Assembly: GCF_009914755.1 (NCBI RefSeq) | Contig: NC_060933.1 | Direction: 5' to 3' (one strand) | From: the human T2T-CHM13v2.0 reference genome, Homo sapiens | DNA length: 64,000 bases | Shown here: in pieces, positions 15,040 to 28,989 of the stretch | How positions within the stretch are numbered: the first letter of the stretch is position 1 | Layout of the letters: each line of letters begins with the position of its first letter | Notes under the pieces: model-generated | Databases searched by the model: none | What the model was told of the DNA's origin: nothing | What the model saw: the letters and a program-made list of their open reading frames with translations, nothing else | Translations under genes and position numbers: made by a program

Positions 15040-16600
15040 GATGCACACGCCCAGTATGGGCCGCGCAAGGTGGAGTGAGCAGCTGCGGGTCGCTCCCCAC
15101 TCCCACCTGGCTCTAGGAGGGCCCTGCGGAGTTGGCCAGGGAACTGGGCGTGGGCGATACTAAAAAAACTGGTGAGGTCCCCTCTCCGCCCAAAGGGGCA
15201 GCCAGCGATGTCAGCCTAGAGCCCTCCGCCACTGCCTGATACCTCAGCAGCGCCGACGAGGCCGACAGGTGCCCGCCCAGCACCGCGCCCTTGGTGGGAG
15301 CGCAGCCGTTGGCGCAGTCCTCCTGATGCTGCTGCTATTGCTGCAAAATTGTCCGAGCAGCAGCGGCGGCGGACACTTGCAGCAAAGGGGCAGCGGTTTG
15401 GGGATGCAACAGGCTTGATGGTCGCTGGAGCAGGTGGCAGTAGCTCCACGCGGTCGGGGACAAACTCTGCGCAGCCCCTGTACCCGCTCCCCTGACCCCT
15501 TGCATAATACTCTCAATGCTGAAAGAGATGCATCCGCCTCCCGGTGGCGACGCCAGACCCTTGCCCTCCTCCCAAGGCTGAGGACCAAGTGAGGGCTGCA
15601 GCACGGGAAGGGTGCCGGGGTCGCCAGGTCCGCGCCTTCTGCTTTCTTCGGTGCCCCGGCATAGACGGGGGCCGAGAGCAGTAGGTAGCGAAGAGGATGC
15701 GGGTGCAGCAGAGCGTAAGGGCGTCTCCCGGGGGCGGTGTTGGGGTAGGCCCCCGGGACTGGCTGCGGCGGGGCAGGGGCCCCAAGCAGAGGGCCTGGGT
15801 GGGGGTTGTGCAGGGCGGCGTGTGCAGCAGGTAGAGGGAAGGGGTGGGGCAGGTGGGCTCCCGGGGTCAGTTGGTGGCGCTTGAAACGCTTCCTACGCCG
15901 GAGAAAGCTGCCATTGTCGAACATGTCCTGGGAGGCGGGGTCCAGGCTCCAGTAGTTGCCCTTGCCTGGGTGGCCCGGCTCGCGGGGGATCTTAACGAAG
16001 CAGTCGTTCAGCGAGAGGTTGTGGCGGATGCTGTTCTGCCAGGCGGGGAACTTGCGGCGGTAGTATGGGAAGCGGCCACTAATGAAGGCGCAGATGCCGC
16101 TGAGCGTGAGGCGCTTGTGCGGGTTTTGCAGGATGGCCATGGTGATGAGCGCGATGTACGAGTAGGGGGGCTTTGCCGGCTGCCGGGCATCTTCAGAGGC
16201 CGCCGCAGACCTTGGCGGTGCCCTGAACTTGGTGCCAAACTCTGAGGGGTCACTCGGGCCGCCGCCGCCCTCGATGTGCTCTCGGGGAAGCGCAACCCCG
16301 CCCCACCGGGCCACCTGCAGCCCCGGCTGGAGCGACTGCTCTAGGAACTGCTGTCTCGCTTCCTCCTCCTCGTCTTCCACCTCGTCTTCATCTTCCTCCT
16401 CTCCCAGGACATCGATTTTACCGTCTTCCCCATCGGAGTCCCGGAGGCTGCGCTGCGGTGTGGAGCGAGGGCGCTCAGCTCTTGGCAGGTTCATGGAGGA
16501 GCAGGTGCTTCAGTCGCAGGGGACGTGGCGGCCGATCACCTGGCCTGGGGCGGGCTGAGCTGGAAGCCTGGGATGAATGTTGCAAGAAGCAGGAACGCTA
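15040..16600. promoter_or_regulatory. CpG island over the FOXD4-like gene
   Basis: Visibly GC- and CpG-rich against an AT-rich background. Confidence 0.85.
15244..16494 (-). CDS. FOXD4L5: Forkhead box D4-like transcription factor (single exon, 416 aa)
   Basis: Forkhead domain [15 protein letters not shown]...[31 protein letters not shown]...[13 protein letters not shown]; FoxD acidic N-terminus '[12 protein letters not shown]'. Family is certain. The paralog call (L5 versus L4/L3/L6) rests on recalled length, the residues ERPRS/EEEARQQ, and the neighbouring pseudogenised CBWD copy. Confidence 0.9.
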
Positions 16601-16675
16601 GTGGTTACCCTTTGGGATGTTTTCGTCTGCTTGTTTCTACTCCTTTGCAACAACGTCCGGCAAAGATGCCTTTGC

Positions 16676-16727
16676 CTTTTATAAAAGCTTCTTCAAGACC
16701 ATGTGTGGTGGACTCCCCCCTTTATAA
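16676..16727 (-). promoter_or_regulatory. Candidate TATA boxes upstream of the FOXD4-like ATG
   Basis: Palindrome CTTTTATAAAAG (16676-16687) and minus-strand TTATAAAGGG (about 16718-16727), 180-230 bp upstream of the start codon. Confidence 0.4.
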
Positions 16728-17671
16728 CCCTTCTTCCCCTACCTCGGAGCGGTGCCACTTCCTCCTAACGTAGTCCAGGGATGATGGTCTTCTGGGCAAA
16801 CACTGTCCGGAGAAAAGCCCAGGCCCCTCCTCCTCGCACCCACCTGCCACCAAGGAAGATGCTCTACTCATCCGGTGCAGCCAGACAGTTGGCAAGCCTT
16901 TGCACGGGTTCTGTTAAGGCGCATTTAAACCCGCGCAAATAAAAGCGAGGTAGGAAAGTATGATACTCAACATTCTATGACCACCTCGACATGCAGCCTT
17001 CCCTCCTGGAGAAAAGAAATGGTGGGGCAGGAGGCTGAAATGTACACGGTTGTTTGTAAAGGAATGTGTAACCGTAAAAGTATGTTTTTGTGTTTCACAG
17101 CTGGTAATCACCCATTTTCATTGGTAGAGTCTGTCCTTACCCAGAATGGTGAGCTGAATTATATTTAAGGTTCTGACAATATTCCCAGGCTTCAGGGGGG
17201 TGTTGCTTTGCTCCTTCTACCTTCCTTCCCACCTCCCCAAGATGCTCTCCCTGACTCAAATTTTCAGAAAAGGTCCAAATGTCCCAGCACTAAATTGTGT
17301 AAGTTTATTCAGGGAAGGCAGGAGAGCTCACACGGAGTCCTCTGTCCCCTTGTAGCAATGGTTCTCCAATTTCTTTGAATATTTAACCACAGAAATACAT
17401 TTTATATAACAATCTTACACATACAGACATAATACATAACTAAGATGGGTTTCACGAAACAATATACTTACACTATAGTGATCACTGATATTTCCTTTTA
17501 AAAAAAAATGGCCATAACCAACTAAGTTGATTTCACACGTACCAGTATGGGCCCAGTTTGAAAAATCCTGTTCTTACAAAGTGGCCCCACATACAAGAAA
17601 TGCACCCACTCTATAAGGGCTTCTCTCTCTCCCTTTCCTCCTTCCTTTCTTCATCCTTTATAACCAATTCA

Positions 17672-18278
<607 letters not shown>

Positions 18279-20023
18279 CTCTTCATTCTTTCAGAAATGT
18301 CAACATTAAGTGCTTTTACTGTAATAAAACTTGGGACTTCAATGAGGCAAGAAGGGGCTGCAGTGTTGCCTTTAAATCAGTGGGTCCTCATTCACTATCT
18401 GCACTGGGGAGGGGCAATATGACAGCACAACTGTTCATCTCACTCGCTCCACATCCTTAGAAGTAACACGATTTTTAGATTGGCTTCATGAAAATTAGCT
18501 CAGAGACTAAAGTAGCACTACAGAGGAATAAAAAAAATTTGTTATATAAATAAGGATCTTATTAAAATACTAAGTAAGATACTATGCCACGGTATATATT
18601 CATAATTTAAAACCCACCTACTTGGGAAAACTTTGAGGTGCCATCTAATAAAAAATGCAGCATAAAAGAATATTATGCCCTTGATAGTCACATAGTGTCT
18701 ATAATTATGACAATGAATGTTCAGTGAGAAATCAAACGCCAACTGCAAGGGCAAAATATAATAAAAAATAGCTTAAAGTAGCTAGTGCCTTCAGGATAAA
18801 ATCTGGAAAAGAGCTTTCTTGCTGATCTTTTTTTGAAACTTTGCTGCTCCTGAAGTTTTTACCCTTTAGGGCTCCTCAGTTTATATGAAGCTTGGAGGAC
18901 AAATAACAGACAGGTTTGAGCCTAACAGATTTGTTTGAATCCCAAATTTACCAATGACTGCTTGTGTGACCTACTAAACTAAGCTCCAGGAGGGCCAGGC
19001 CAGGTGTCTTATTCAACCACATAATCCCAGACGCCTCCTCCCCAGCACCCCCCAGCATGTGAGGCAAATTTCCTCCATCAGCATAGGAATCGGATGACCT
19101 GGGAAAGGGAGTATTGTTAGTTTTCCTAGCGCCAGCTTCAATAGGGATTGGGGTTATTTAAAAATACAGGAGAAAAATAAGGAGGCGCTCAAAAACAAAA
19201 CACAAAACCCACATTGATGGGGGTATGTCAAAGGGGGGAACAGGAGATAACTGAAAGAGTTCCCAATGGTCAAAGCTGGGAAAATTTGAGCAACAAAATA
19301 AAGTAGTATTAAATTGTAACCCAAAGTATAAAATATTCGTGTCCACACTGATAAACATAAATGATCAAACTAATAAAGCGAAAGGGACAACTGTCCCTTG
19401 CAGAAGAATTTCAATTAATTATGTAGACCACTCCCAAGAAAGTACACTACAACTCCCCATTCCTTTAGTGTGGGCTGTGCATAGTGATTTCCTTCCAAAG
19501 AGCACAGTATGAAATGGGGGAGAAGAGTAACTTTACAATGCAGAAACCTGACAAACACTCCTTCAGCCAGGTGATCAGGTCGTCAACATCAACATCAATA
19601 ACAGTCATAACCTTTTATTTCATGTCATAAAATGGTGACACTTACTTGTGTTAAAAAAATTTAATAACAATGTAATCATTATATCTCTGCAATCAGCTGA
19701 AGTTCTAAGAAAAAATGACAATGTTGAAAGTTGTATCATCATTATTATAAACTTTCATGTTCAGTATATGTAAACTCCAAAGCCAATTTCAAAAGATATT
19801 TTTGTGAAATACCATTCTTTAAAAAAAAGGATATTATATATAATTGTATGAATGTTAAATGTTTTACAGTACTGATTTGCTACATTTTATGTATGCTGTA
19901 AAACAAATACCATTTTAAAGTATATTGGAATTCGTAACTAAAGTAATAAATAAATGCTTGAAATATACCCAGTAGAAACTTATTTTTATTATCCAATCCT
20001 TTTGATAAGAAATGCCACTAGTG

Positions 20024-20130
20024 TTATGTACAAACTTGATCTTCTTTGAAATGTGTTGTCCACTGCTTTTCTGTTTCTGTCACAGTAGCTATAAACAGCT
20101 GTTTAAGGATATCCTTATCTAAATTTCTGC
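20024..20130 (-). pseudogene. ZNG1/CBWD last exon (15), coding part
   Basis: ttgcag|GC AGA AAT... = (G)[34 protein letters not shown] then TAA. Confidence 0.93.
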
Positions 20131-20517
20131 CTGCAAACAAAACAAAATATGACGTGATTACATTATGCTTATTAAAATGACACAGTTCACCTATCAATTC
20201 CAGTTCATTAAATGCTTTATGGTGTTTAGAAATTTACAAAAAGAATAGTAATTGAGTGATTCCATATTTAACTTTCCAGGTCAGTACATCAAAGTCACAT
20301 TGGTCCTTGGATTAACCACTTTTCTAAAACTGAAGAAGAACAAAAGTCCTAACAAGCTTTTACGAACGTTGTAACATGATAAAGATGAAACATTGACCAC
20401 AAGCTTATTTAGTTTTAAAAGAGGACCTGAATGGTTAATCTGTTTAAGTGGCACATGATATCCCTTTCAAATATATTTTTCACTTTGTTTTAAAACTGTG
20501 AATCCTTTGAGACTTAC

Positions 20518-20647
20518 CAATGAGGACCAATCAATTTGTTCTCTCAGTGTCATCCTTCCAGCTCACTGGAGTCTCCTCCAGATCATAGAGCTCATGGACA
20601 CCCTGGACAATCACTTGTTGTGATTTGTCTTTGATTGACACCAATCC
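20518..20647 (-). pseudogene. ZNG1/CBWD exon 14 (contains premature TGA)
   Basis: cag|[42 protein letters not shown](G)|gtaagt; 130 bp. Confidence 0.93.
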
Positions 20648-21771
20648 CTGCTCAAAGGAGAATTGATTGAACATTGATCAGCCTCAGTTCAAACTTAAAA
20701 GCAGAAATAGAGCATCAATGTTAATGGATTAATTACTGATATTCACTTAAAAAATACAAACTCTTAAGCTGAGAAAATTATTTAATTTCAATTATTTGTG
20801 AATTACAAGAAGTTTCTTAATGTTTTTAATTTTCAAAAAAGGTTTCTGTGTATTGTTTTTTTTTTGAACAATCCCCTTTTCTAATGATAAAGTTAATACA
20901 TATATTAGGATGGTTTTTCAGTGTTTTTATCACAACCAAAACCTGAAACAAAATGATGAAATATGTATCATATCCTATTGATTAAAGATTTTATATAATG
21001 TTTCACAGTTTTAGTGGGAAAAGTTGAGAAGTTAAAGGAGTTTGGTTATATTAAATAATTTGTTTTAGAAATGGGTTGCAATCAATGAACAATGTTGAAA
21101 TAAAGAAAAACTATTATATTTATCTGAATATGAGCTCATTGTGTATTGATTTGCAGAAATGAGAAACGAATTATCTGATAAACTGGCTCCTATGGGGATG
21201 AAATTAATTTATTTGAAATAATATTCTTAATTTACCAAAAACTTTGTGTACACTTGTGAACACACAAGAGTAGACACTCAACTGACTGGTTAAGCATACA
21301 CTTTAGAATCACTGCTTCCTAGAAGAAATACCTTTCATGACTTAAATACCCAAATATCAAGTAATGTGAGTGGGTTTCTAAATACAGAACAAGAATTCTT
21401 CTAGTCCTTTGTAACTTTGTTTAGAGTATGACAAATGTTTAGTGTCTGCTAAATGCATCAGGAAGCATAATGTTCAGCAGAAGTGGGATTTGCAACATTA
21501 TTTCTCTGTACTTGGGAACAGAGAGCAGAAGGTAACATTTCAAAGCGCACAGGTTTGTTCTAGCTGCAACCCTAAAGAAAGTTGTGCAAATAAATCAAGC
21601 CTTATGCAGTGATTTCCAAAGCTCCTTTTCAGTCATGAAAATAATAAAGAAAAATGAAAGTAGACAAAGATGATTTGTACTAAAACCAGTGTTTCTGTTT
21701 AAAACCAAATATAGTTTTTATAACAGCCAAGAAAAGGACTTTGTCCAAAAGTCTGCAACAGTAAACTGTAC

Positions 21772-21837
21772 CTTCAGCCTTATGACCTCCATGCAGTGAT
21801 TGTCCTTGTTTCTCACATTCTTTTCCCACAGGAGATT
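21772..21837 (-). pseudogene. ZNG1/CBWD exon 13
   Basis: cag|[22 protein letters not shown]|gtacag; 66 bp. Confidence 0.93.
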
Positions 21838-21940
21838 CTGTATCAAGTGACATATTTTAATAAGACCAACCATCGCTAATAGCAACAACTATGTAACAAA
21901 ACCATTGATAAATCATTAATCAGTTAAAAATTGCATTCAC

Positions 21941-22009
21941 CTGAATAAACATATTAAGATGTTATTCCTTTGCATTTCCTGGTACTTCAAATGTGATTGT
22001 AACAATACT
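21941..22009 (-). pseudogene. ZNG1/CBWD exon 12 (contains premature TAA)
   Basis: cag|[22 protein letters not shown]|gtgaat; 69 bp. Confidence 0.93.
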
Positions 22010-23126
22010 CTGTAAATCAAGGGAAATAATAATAATTCTTTATAGTAATATCAATGTTTTTTAAATCACAAATTTTAAGATGAAAAGGAACATATTCATG
22101 GAATTTTACATTGCTTAAACCATATATATTAGGTATTATACTTTCCTCAGCATATGTGCTGTTTTTTTTGGAATTAGCAACTCCATTTCCTACATTCTGC
22201 ACAGGTACCAATGGATTTAGTATTTACACAAACTACTACCTTGTATTTTAAAAAACTCACTCAAAAACCCTGATGAAAGGGTCCTCATTATTTAATTCAT
22301 TCTTTCGTGGATTCTCAGCAATAAGAATATATGTAACACATACAATGTACTCACTACACAGGGTCAGGTACTTTTGCCTGAGTCACCTCATTTTATCTTT
22401 TGACTTACTCTTCACAACAATCCTGGGGAGTGAAGATAACTATTTCATTTTATAAATTGGGGAAAATAAGGGTCAAAAAAATAAGCTACCCAGAGCCAGG
22501 AATAAAACTCAAAACCGAAGTAAATTTGTTCTCTTAAAAAAAAAATACAAAAGAAAGGCTTGGCTTATCTTTAACTGAATAAGCATGTGCCAAGAGGAGA
22601 AGAGTTCTTAGCGATGAGAATGATAGGATAATGCCCTCTTTGGCTTTAGTAAGGGTGACATCATCATGTATTGAATATTAACTTTAGGATTTATTTTTCT
22701 TCTTTATCTTGATAAATCTCTCACTGTCTACCCCAAAGAAACAGAAGCTTAACATTTCCTCTAACAGGTCACCTAATTAAAACCCAAACCTCCCTTTGCC
22801 AATATAACCCCAAATTTCAAACTCAGAGATGAAAATACACAAGGGCTAAGCATAACATTATAAAAACATACACCTCACCTTGGAAAATAGAGGCTCAAAA
22901 GCCAAGCTCAAAATGAATTTAAAAAGGTAGAAAATAATATACTAAAGCACATCTTTGAATAACTTACTAGAACTGCGTATCTGGCCTAGCAATTTTACTC
23001 ACCATTACATAATCATACAGGCTTACAGCAGAAAATACAAAAAGACCAAAACTATTTTATAGTCCAAACTCAAGAGAATCGCTAAAGTATTAAAGACCAA
23101 TTTAGGCAGAAACATATGAGACATTT

Positions 23127-26100
23127 CTTTCTTTCCATAGGTTACTGGGGAACAGGTGGTGTTGGTTAACTTCTTTAGTGGTGATTTGTGAGATTTTGGT
23201 ACACCCATCACCTGAGCAGTATACACTGCACCCAATTTTTGTCTTTTATTCCTCATCCCCTTCCCACCCTTTCTCCCTGAGTCCCCAAAGTTCATTGTGT
23301 CATTCTTATGCCTTTGCATCCTCATAGCTTAGCTCCCACTTATGAGTGAGAACATAGCGATGTTTGGTTTTCCATTCCTGAGTTCTTTCACTTAGAATAA
23401 TAGTCTCCAATCTTATCCAGGTCACTGCGAATGCCATTAATTCACTCCTTTTTATGGCTGAGGAGTATTCCATTGTATGTATATATATCACAGTTACTTT
23501 ATCCACGCATTGATTGATGGGCATTTGGGTTGGTTCCACGTTTTTGCAATTGCGAATTGTGCTGCTATAAACATGCGAGTGCACGTATCTTTTTCGTATA
23601 ATGACTTCTTTTCCTCTGGGTGGATATCTAGTAGTGGGATTGCTGGACCAAATGGTAGTTCTACTTTTAGTTCTTTAAGGAATCTCCACACTGTTTTCCA
23701 TAGTGGTTGTACTAGTTTACATTCCCACCAGCAGTGTAGAAGTGTTCTGGGTTCACCACATCCATGCCAACATCTACTATTTTTTTGATTTTTTTATTAT
23801 GGCCATTCTTGCAGAAGTAAGGCGGTATCGCACTGTGGTTTTGATTTGCATTTCCCTGATCATTAGTGATGTTGAGCATTTTTCCATATGTTTATTGGCC
23901 ATTTGTATATCTCCTTTTAAGAACGGTCTATTCATGTCCTTAGCCCACTTTTTGATGGGACTGCTTTTCTTGCTGATTTGTTGGAGTTCATTGTAGATTC
24001 TGGATATTTGTTCTTTTTCAGATGTATATATTATGAAAGATTTTCTCCTTCTCTGTGGGTTGTCTGTTTACTCTGCTGACTGTTCCTTTTGCTGTGCAAA
24101 ATTTCTTTAGTTTAATTAAGTCCCAGCTATTTATCTTTGTTTTTATTGCATTTGCTTGAAATCCTTGCCTAAGCCAATGTCTAGAATGATTTTTCCAATG
24201 GTATCTTTTAGAATTTTTATAGTTTCAGGTCTTAGATTTAAGTCTTTAATTTATCTTGGGTTGATTTTTGTATACAGTGAGAGATGAGGATCCAGTTTCA
24301 TTCTCCTACATGTGGCTAGCCAATTATCCCAGCACCATTTGTTGAAAAGGGTATCCTTTTTCCACTTTACGTTTTTGTTTGCTTTGTTGAAGATCAGTTG
24401 GCTGTAAGTATTTGGGTTTATTTCTGGGTTCTCTATTCTGTTCCATTGGTCCATGTGCCTATTTTTATAACCGTACCATGCTGTTTTGGTGACTATGGCC
24501 TTATAGTATAAGTTTGAAATCAGGTAATGTGATGCCTTCAGATTTGTTCTTTTTGCTTAGTCTTGCTTTGGCTACGCGCATGTGTATGTTAAACCATCCC
24601 TGCATCCCTGGTATGAAACCCCTTGATCATGGTGGATTATCTTTTTGATATGTTGTTGGAATCAGTTAGCTAGAATTTTCTTAAGGATTTTAGCATCTAT
24701 GTTCAAGGATATTGGTCTGTAGTTTTCTTCTTTGGTTATGTCCTTTCCTGGTTTTGGTATTAGGGTGATACTGGCTTCATGATTTAGGGAGGATTCCTTC
24801 TTTCTCTCTCTTGTGGAATAGTGTCTTTAAGACTGGTACCAATTCTTCTTTGAATATCTGGTGGAATTCTGTTGTGAATCCGTCTAGTCCTGGACATTTT
24901 TTTGTTGGTAATTTTTTAATTACCATTTCAATCTCCCTGCTTGTTACTGGTCTGTTCAGGGTAATTCTTCCTGATTTAAGCTAGGAGGGTTGTATCTTTC
25001 CAGGAATTTATCCATCTATTTTAGGTTTTCTAGTTTATGCATGTAAAGGTGTTCATAGTAGCCTTGAATATCTTTTGTATTTCTGTGGTGTCAGTTGTAA
25101 TATCTCCCGTTTCATTTCTTATTGAGCTTATTTGGATTTTCTCTCTTTTCTTGGCTAATCTTGCTAACGGTCTATCAATTTTATTTATCTTTTCAAAGAA
25201 CCAGCTTTTCGTTTCATTTATCTTTTGGATTTTTTTGTTGTTTTGTTTCAATTTCATTTAATTCCGCTCTGATCTTCTTTCTTCTGCTGGGTTTGTTCTT
25301 GTTTCTCTAGTTCTTTGAGATGTGACCTTAGATTGTCTGTGCTCTTTCCAACTTTTTGATGGAGGCATTTAGGGCTATGAACTTTCCTCTTAGCACCACC
25401 TTTGCTGTATCCCAGAGGTTGATAGGTTGTGTCATTATTGTCATTCAGTTTGAGGAATTTTTACATTTCCATCTTGATTTCATCTTTGACCCAATGATCA
25501 TTCAGGAGCAGGTTATTCCATGTATCTGCATGGTTTTGAAGGTTCCTTTTGGAGTTGATTTCCAGTTTTATTCCACTGTGGTCTGAGAGAGTGCTTGATA
25601 TAATTTTAATTTTCTTAAAATTTATTGAGGCTCATTTTGTTGGCTATCATATGGTCTATCTTACAGAAAGTTCATGTGCTGTTGAACAGAACGTATATTC
25701 TGTGGTTGTTGGATGGAATATTCTGTATATATCTTTTAACTCCATTTGTTCCAAGGTATAGTTTAAATCCACTGTTTCTTTGTTGACTTTCTGTCTTGAT
25801 GACCTGTGCAGTGCTGTCAGTGGAGTATTAAAATCCCTCACTATTATTGTGTTGCTGTCTGTCTAATTTTTTAGGTCTATTAGTAATTCTTTTATAAATT
25901 TGGGAGCTCCAGTGTTAGGTGCATATGTTTAGGATTGTGACACTTTCCTGTTGGACAAGGCCTTTTTTTCATTATATAATGTCCCTCTTTGTCTTTTTAA
26001 ACTGCTATTTCTTTAAAGTTTGTTTTGTCTAATATAAGAATGGCTACTCCTGCTCACATTTGGTGTCCGTTTGCATGAAATGTCTTGGTCCATCCCTTTA

Positions 26101-27799
26101 CCTTAAGTTTATGTGAGTCCTTATGTGTTAGGTGAGACTCTTGAAGGCGACAGATAGTTGGTTGGTGAATTCTTACCTATTCTGCAATTCTGTATCTTTT
26201 AAGTGGAGCATTTAGACCATTTATATTCAATGTTAGTATTGAGATGTGAGGTACCACTCTATTCATCATGCTATTTGTTGCCTGTATACCTTGTTTTTTT
26301 GGTTTTTGTTGTTTTTCTAATTGTACTTTTGTTTTATAGGTCCTGTGATATTTATGCTTTAAAGAGGTTCTGTTTTGATATGTTTCCAGGATTTGTTTCA
26401 AGATTTAGAGTTCCTTTTAGCATTCTTGCACTGGTGGCTTGGTAGTGGTGAATTCTCTGTTTGTCTGAAAAAGCTGTATCTTGCCTTCATATATGAAGCT
26501 TAGTTTTGCTGAATACAAAATTCTCAGCTGATAATTGTTTTGTTTGAGGAGGCTGAACATAGGGTTCCAATCCCTTCTGGCTTGCAGGGTTTCTGCTGAG
26601 AAATGTGCTGTTAATCTGGTAAGTTTTCCTTTATAGGTTACCTGGTGCTTTTGTTTCACAGCTCTTTCTTTCATCTTAACTTCAGATAACCTGACGACAA
26701 TGTGCCTAGATGACGATCTTTTTGTGATGAATTTCCCAGATGTTCTTTGTGCTTCTTGTATTTGGATCTAGGTCTCTAGCAAAGCTGGGGAAGTTTTCCT
26801 CAATTATTCCCCCAAATATGTTTAACAAACGTTTAGATTTCTCTTCTTCCTCAGGAATGCCGGTTATTCTTAGGTTTGGTCATTTAACATAATTCCAGAT
26901 TTCTTGAAGGCTTTCTTCATATTTTCTTATTCTTTTTTCTTTGTCTTTATTGGATTCGGTTAATTAGAAGACCTTGTCTTCAGGCTCTGAATTTCCTTCT
27001 TCTACTTGTTCAATTCTATTGCTAAGACTTTCCAGAGCATTTTATATTTCTATAAGTATGTCCATTATTTCCTAAAGTTTTGATTGTTTTTTATTTATGC
27101 TATCTAGTTCATTGAATATTTCTCCCTTTACTTCTTGTATCTTTTTTTTTTTAATATCCTTACATTGGGCTTCACCTTTCTCTGATGCCTTAGCTTAATA
27201 ACCAACCTAGTGAATTCTTTTTCAAGTAAGTCAGGGATTTCTTCTTAGTTTGGATCCATTGCTGGTGAGCTAGTGTGATTTTTTGGGGGGTGTTAAAGAA
27301 CCTTGTTTTGTCATACTACCAGGGTCGGTTTTCTGGTTCCTTCTCATTTGGGTAGGCTCTGTCAGAGAGAAGGTCTAGGGCTGAAGGTTGTTGTTCAGAT
27401 TCTTTCGTCCTACGGGGTGTTCCCTTGATGTAGTACTCTCTCCCTTTTCCTATGGATGTGGCTTCCTGAGAGCTGAGCTGTAGTGATTGCTATCTCTCTT
27501 CTGGATCTAGCCACCCAGCAAGTCTACCAGACTCCAGGCTGGTACTGGGGGGTAGTCTGCACAGAGTCGGGAGATGTGAACCATCTGTGGGTCTCTCAGC
27601 TGTGGATACCAGCACCTGTTCCAGTGGAGGTGGTAGGAGGGTGAAATGTACTCTTTGAGGGTTCTTAGCTTTGCTGGTTTAATGTACTATTTTTGTGCTG
27701 GTTGGCCTGCTGCAGGGAGGTGGCACTTTCCAGAGAGTGTCAGTTGTGGTAGTATGGAAAGGAACAGGTGATGTGTTGGGCTCTAGAACGCCCAAAAAC
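23127..27799 (-). mobile_element. Old L1 (L1PB-like), long but internally deleted, non-coding
   Basis: Minus-strand ORF fragments match L1 ORF2 ([13 protein letters not shown]..., MRDFNTPLTAL) and ORF1 (QVTYKGK...SAETLQARRDW); L1PB-type 3' UTR. Possible TSD atgagacattt (23116-23126) / atgagatattt (27800-27810). Confidence 0.88.
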
Positions 27800-27939
27800 A
27801 TGAGATATTTAATCTCCACTGTTACTAGTAATAGAAAAAGCAGAAAAGTGCTTTCTTGCTTGATAAGAGAAGTGCAAGCAGACTAAAAAAAGGTTCAAAT
27901 TGAACTTGCAAATGTGAGACTTTTAAAAGTACTTATTTT

Positions 27940-28390
27940 GTCACAGCAGTCAAGACACTAACAACCACCTAAATGTCCAGGACAGTTGAATGGATAAAAT
28001 AAATGTGGTAATATACATACAACCAAATATTATGTATCCTTAAAAAAATCCTGTCATATACTACAACATGGATGAATCTTGAGGACATTACACTAAGTGA
28101 AATAAGCCAGTCACAGAAGGACAAATATTGCATGAATCCACTAATATCAGGTGTCTAAAACAGTAAAACTCATCAAATCAGAAAGTAAAATGGTGGTTAC
28201 CAGGGGTCAGAGGGAGACGAAAATTGGGAGGTGCTGTTCAATGGGTATAATTTTAGTCATGCAAGATGAAAAGTTCTAGAGATCTGCTATATAACAATGT
28301 ACAGACAGTTAACAATACTATATTGTACCCTTAAAAATTTGTGGAAGAAGGTAGGTCTCACGTTAAGTGTTTTTTACCACAATAAAAAAT
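27940..28390 (+). mobile_element. L1MA/MB 3' end
   Basis: 'acaacatggatgaatcttgaggacattacactaagtgaaataagccagtcacagaaggacaaata'. Confidence 0.8.
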
Positions 28391-28393
28391 ATA

Positions 28394-28679
28394 CAGTCAT
28401 GGATACATAAAGAGAAATGAGCTGTTGGGCAATTTTGTTGTTATACAAACATGATAGTGCACTTACACAAACCTAGATGGTATAACCTACTACACACCTA
28501 AGCTATGCTGTATAGCCTGTTGCTCCTAGGCTACAAACCTGTACAGCATATATGTTACTGTACTGAACAGTGTATGGAAATAATAACACAATGGTAAGTA
28601 TTTGTGTGACAGTAATTTTTCAGCTCCATCGTAATCTTATGCAGTCTGACTAAAATGCTGTTATGCAGTGCATGACTAT
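28394..28679 (+). mobile_element. Tigger3/MER7-type TcMar DNA transposon
   Basis: TA|CAGTCATG ... CATGACT terminal inverted repeats; core 'acttacacaaacctagatggtataacctactacacaccta'. Confidence 0.8.
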
Positions 28680-28989
28680 ACTTATTTTTAAATCTTAATA
28701 AACATACTGTATTTTAAAACTATTTTTATAGCATAAGGTAATAATAATATGCATTTTTAAATGACAATTATTTTATTTCTTCATTAAAGGAATCACTACA
28801 ATACCTAAAAGTCCACATAAAATATACAGCAAAAGGTTGTCAAATGAAACATAAATGTCAGTTAAAAAAATAAATTTAGTCTTCAAAAATGTTTAAAATG
28901 TATTTTAATGCAAGTTGGAAAACTATATTGAGAATGTCGCAAAATACGACTCAAAATTGCTTTATTGTTAAAGATTTTAACTGAATAAA

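Noticed and set aside
15612-16773. Plus-strand and alternative-frame ORFs overlapping the FOXD4-like gene
   Set aside because: GC-rich shadow ORFs of the real CDS with no recognisable motif. The Eh1-containing frame is the exception and is reported as a finding.
23023-26674. Many 60-100 aa ORFs
   Set aside because: Fragments and antisense shadows of the decayed L1PB-like element.
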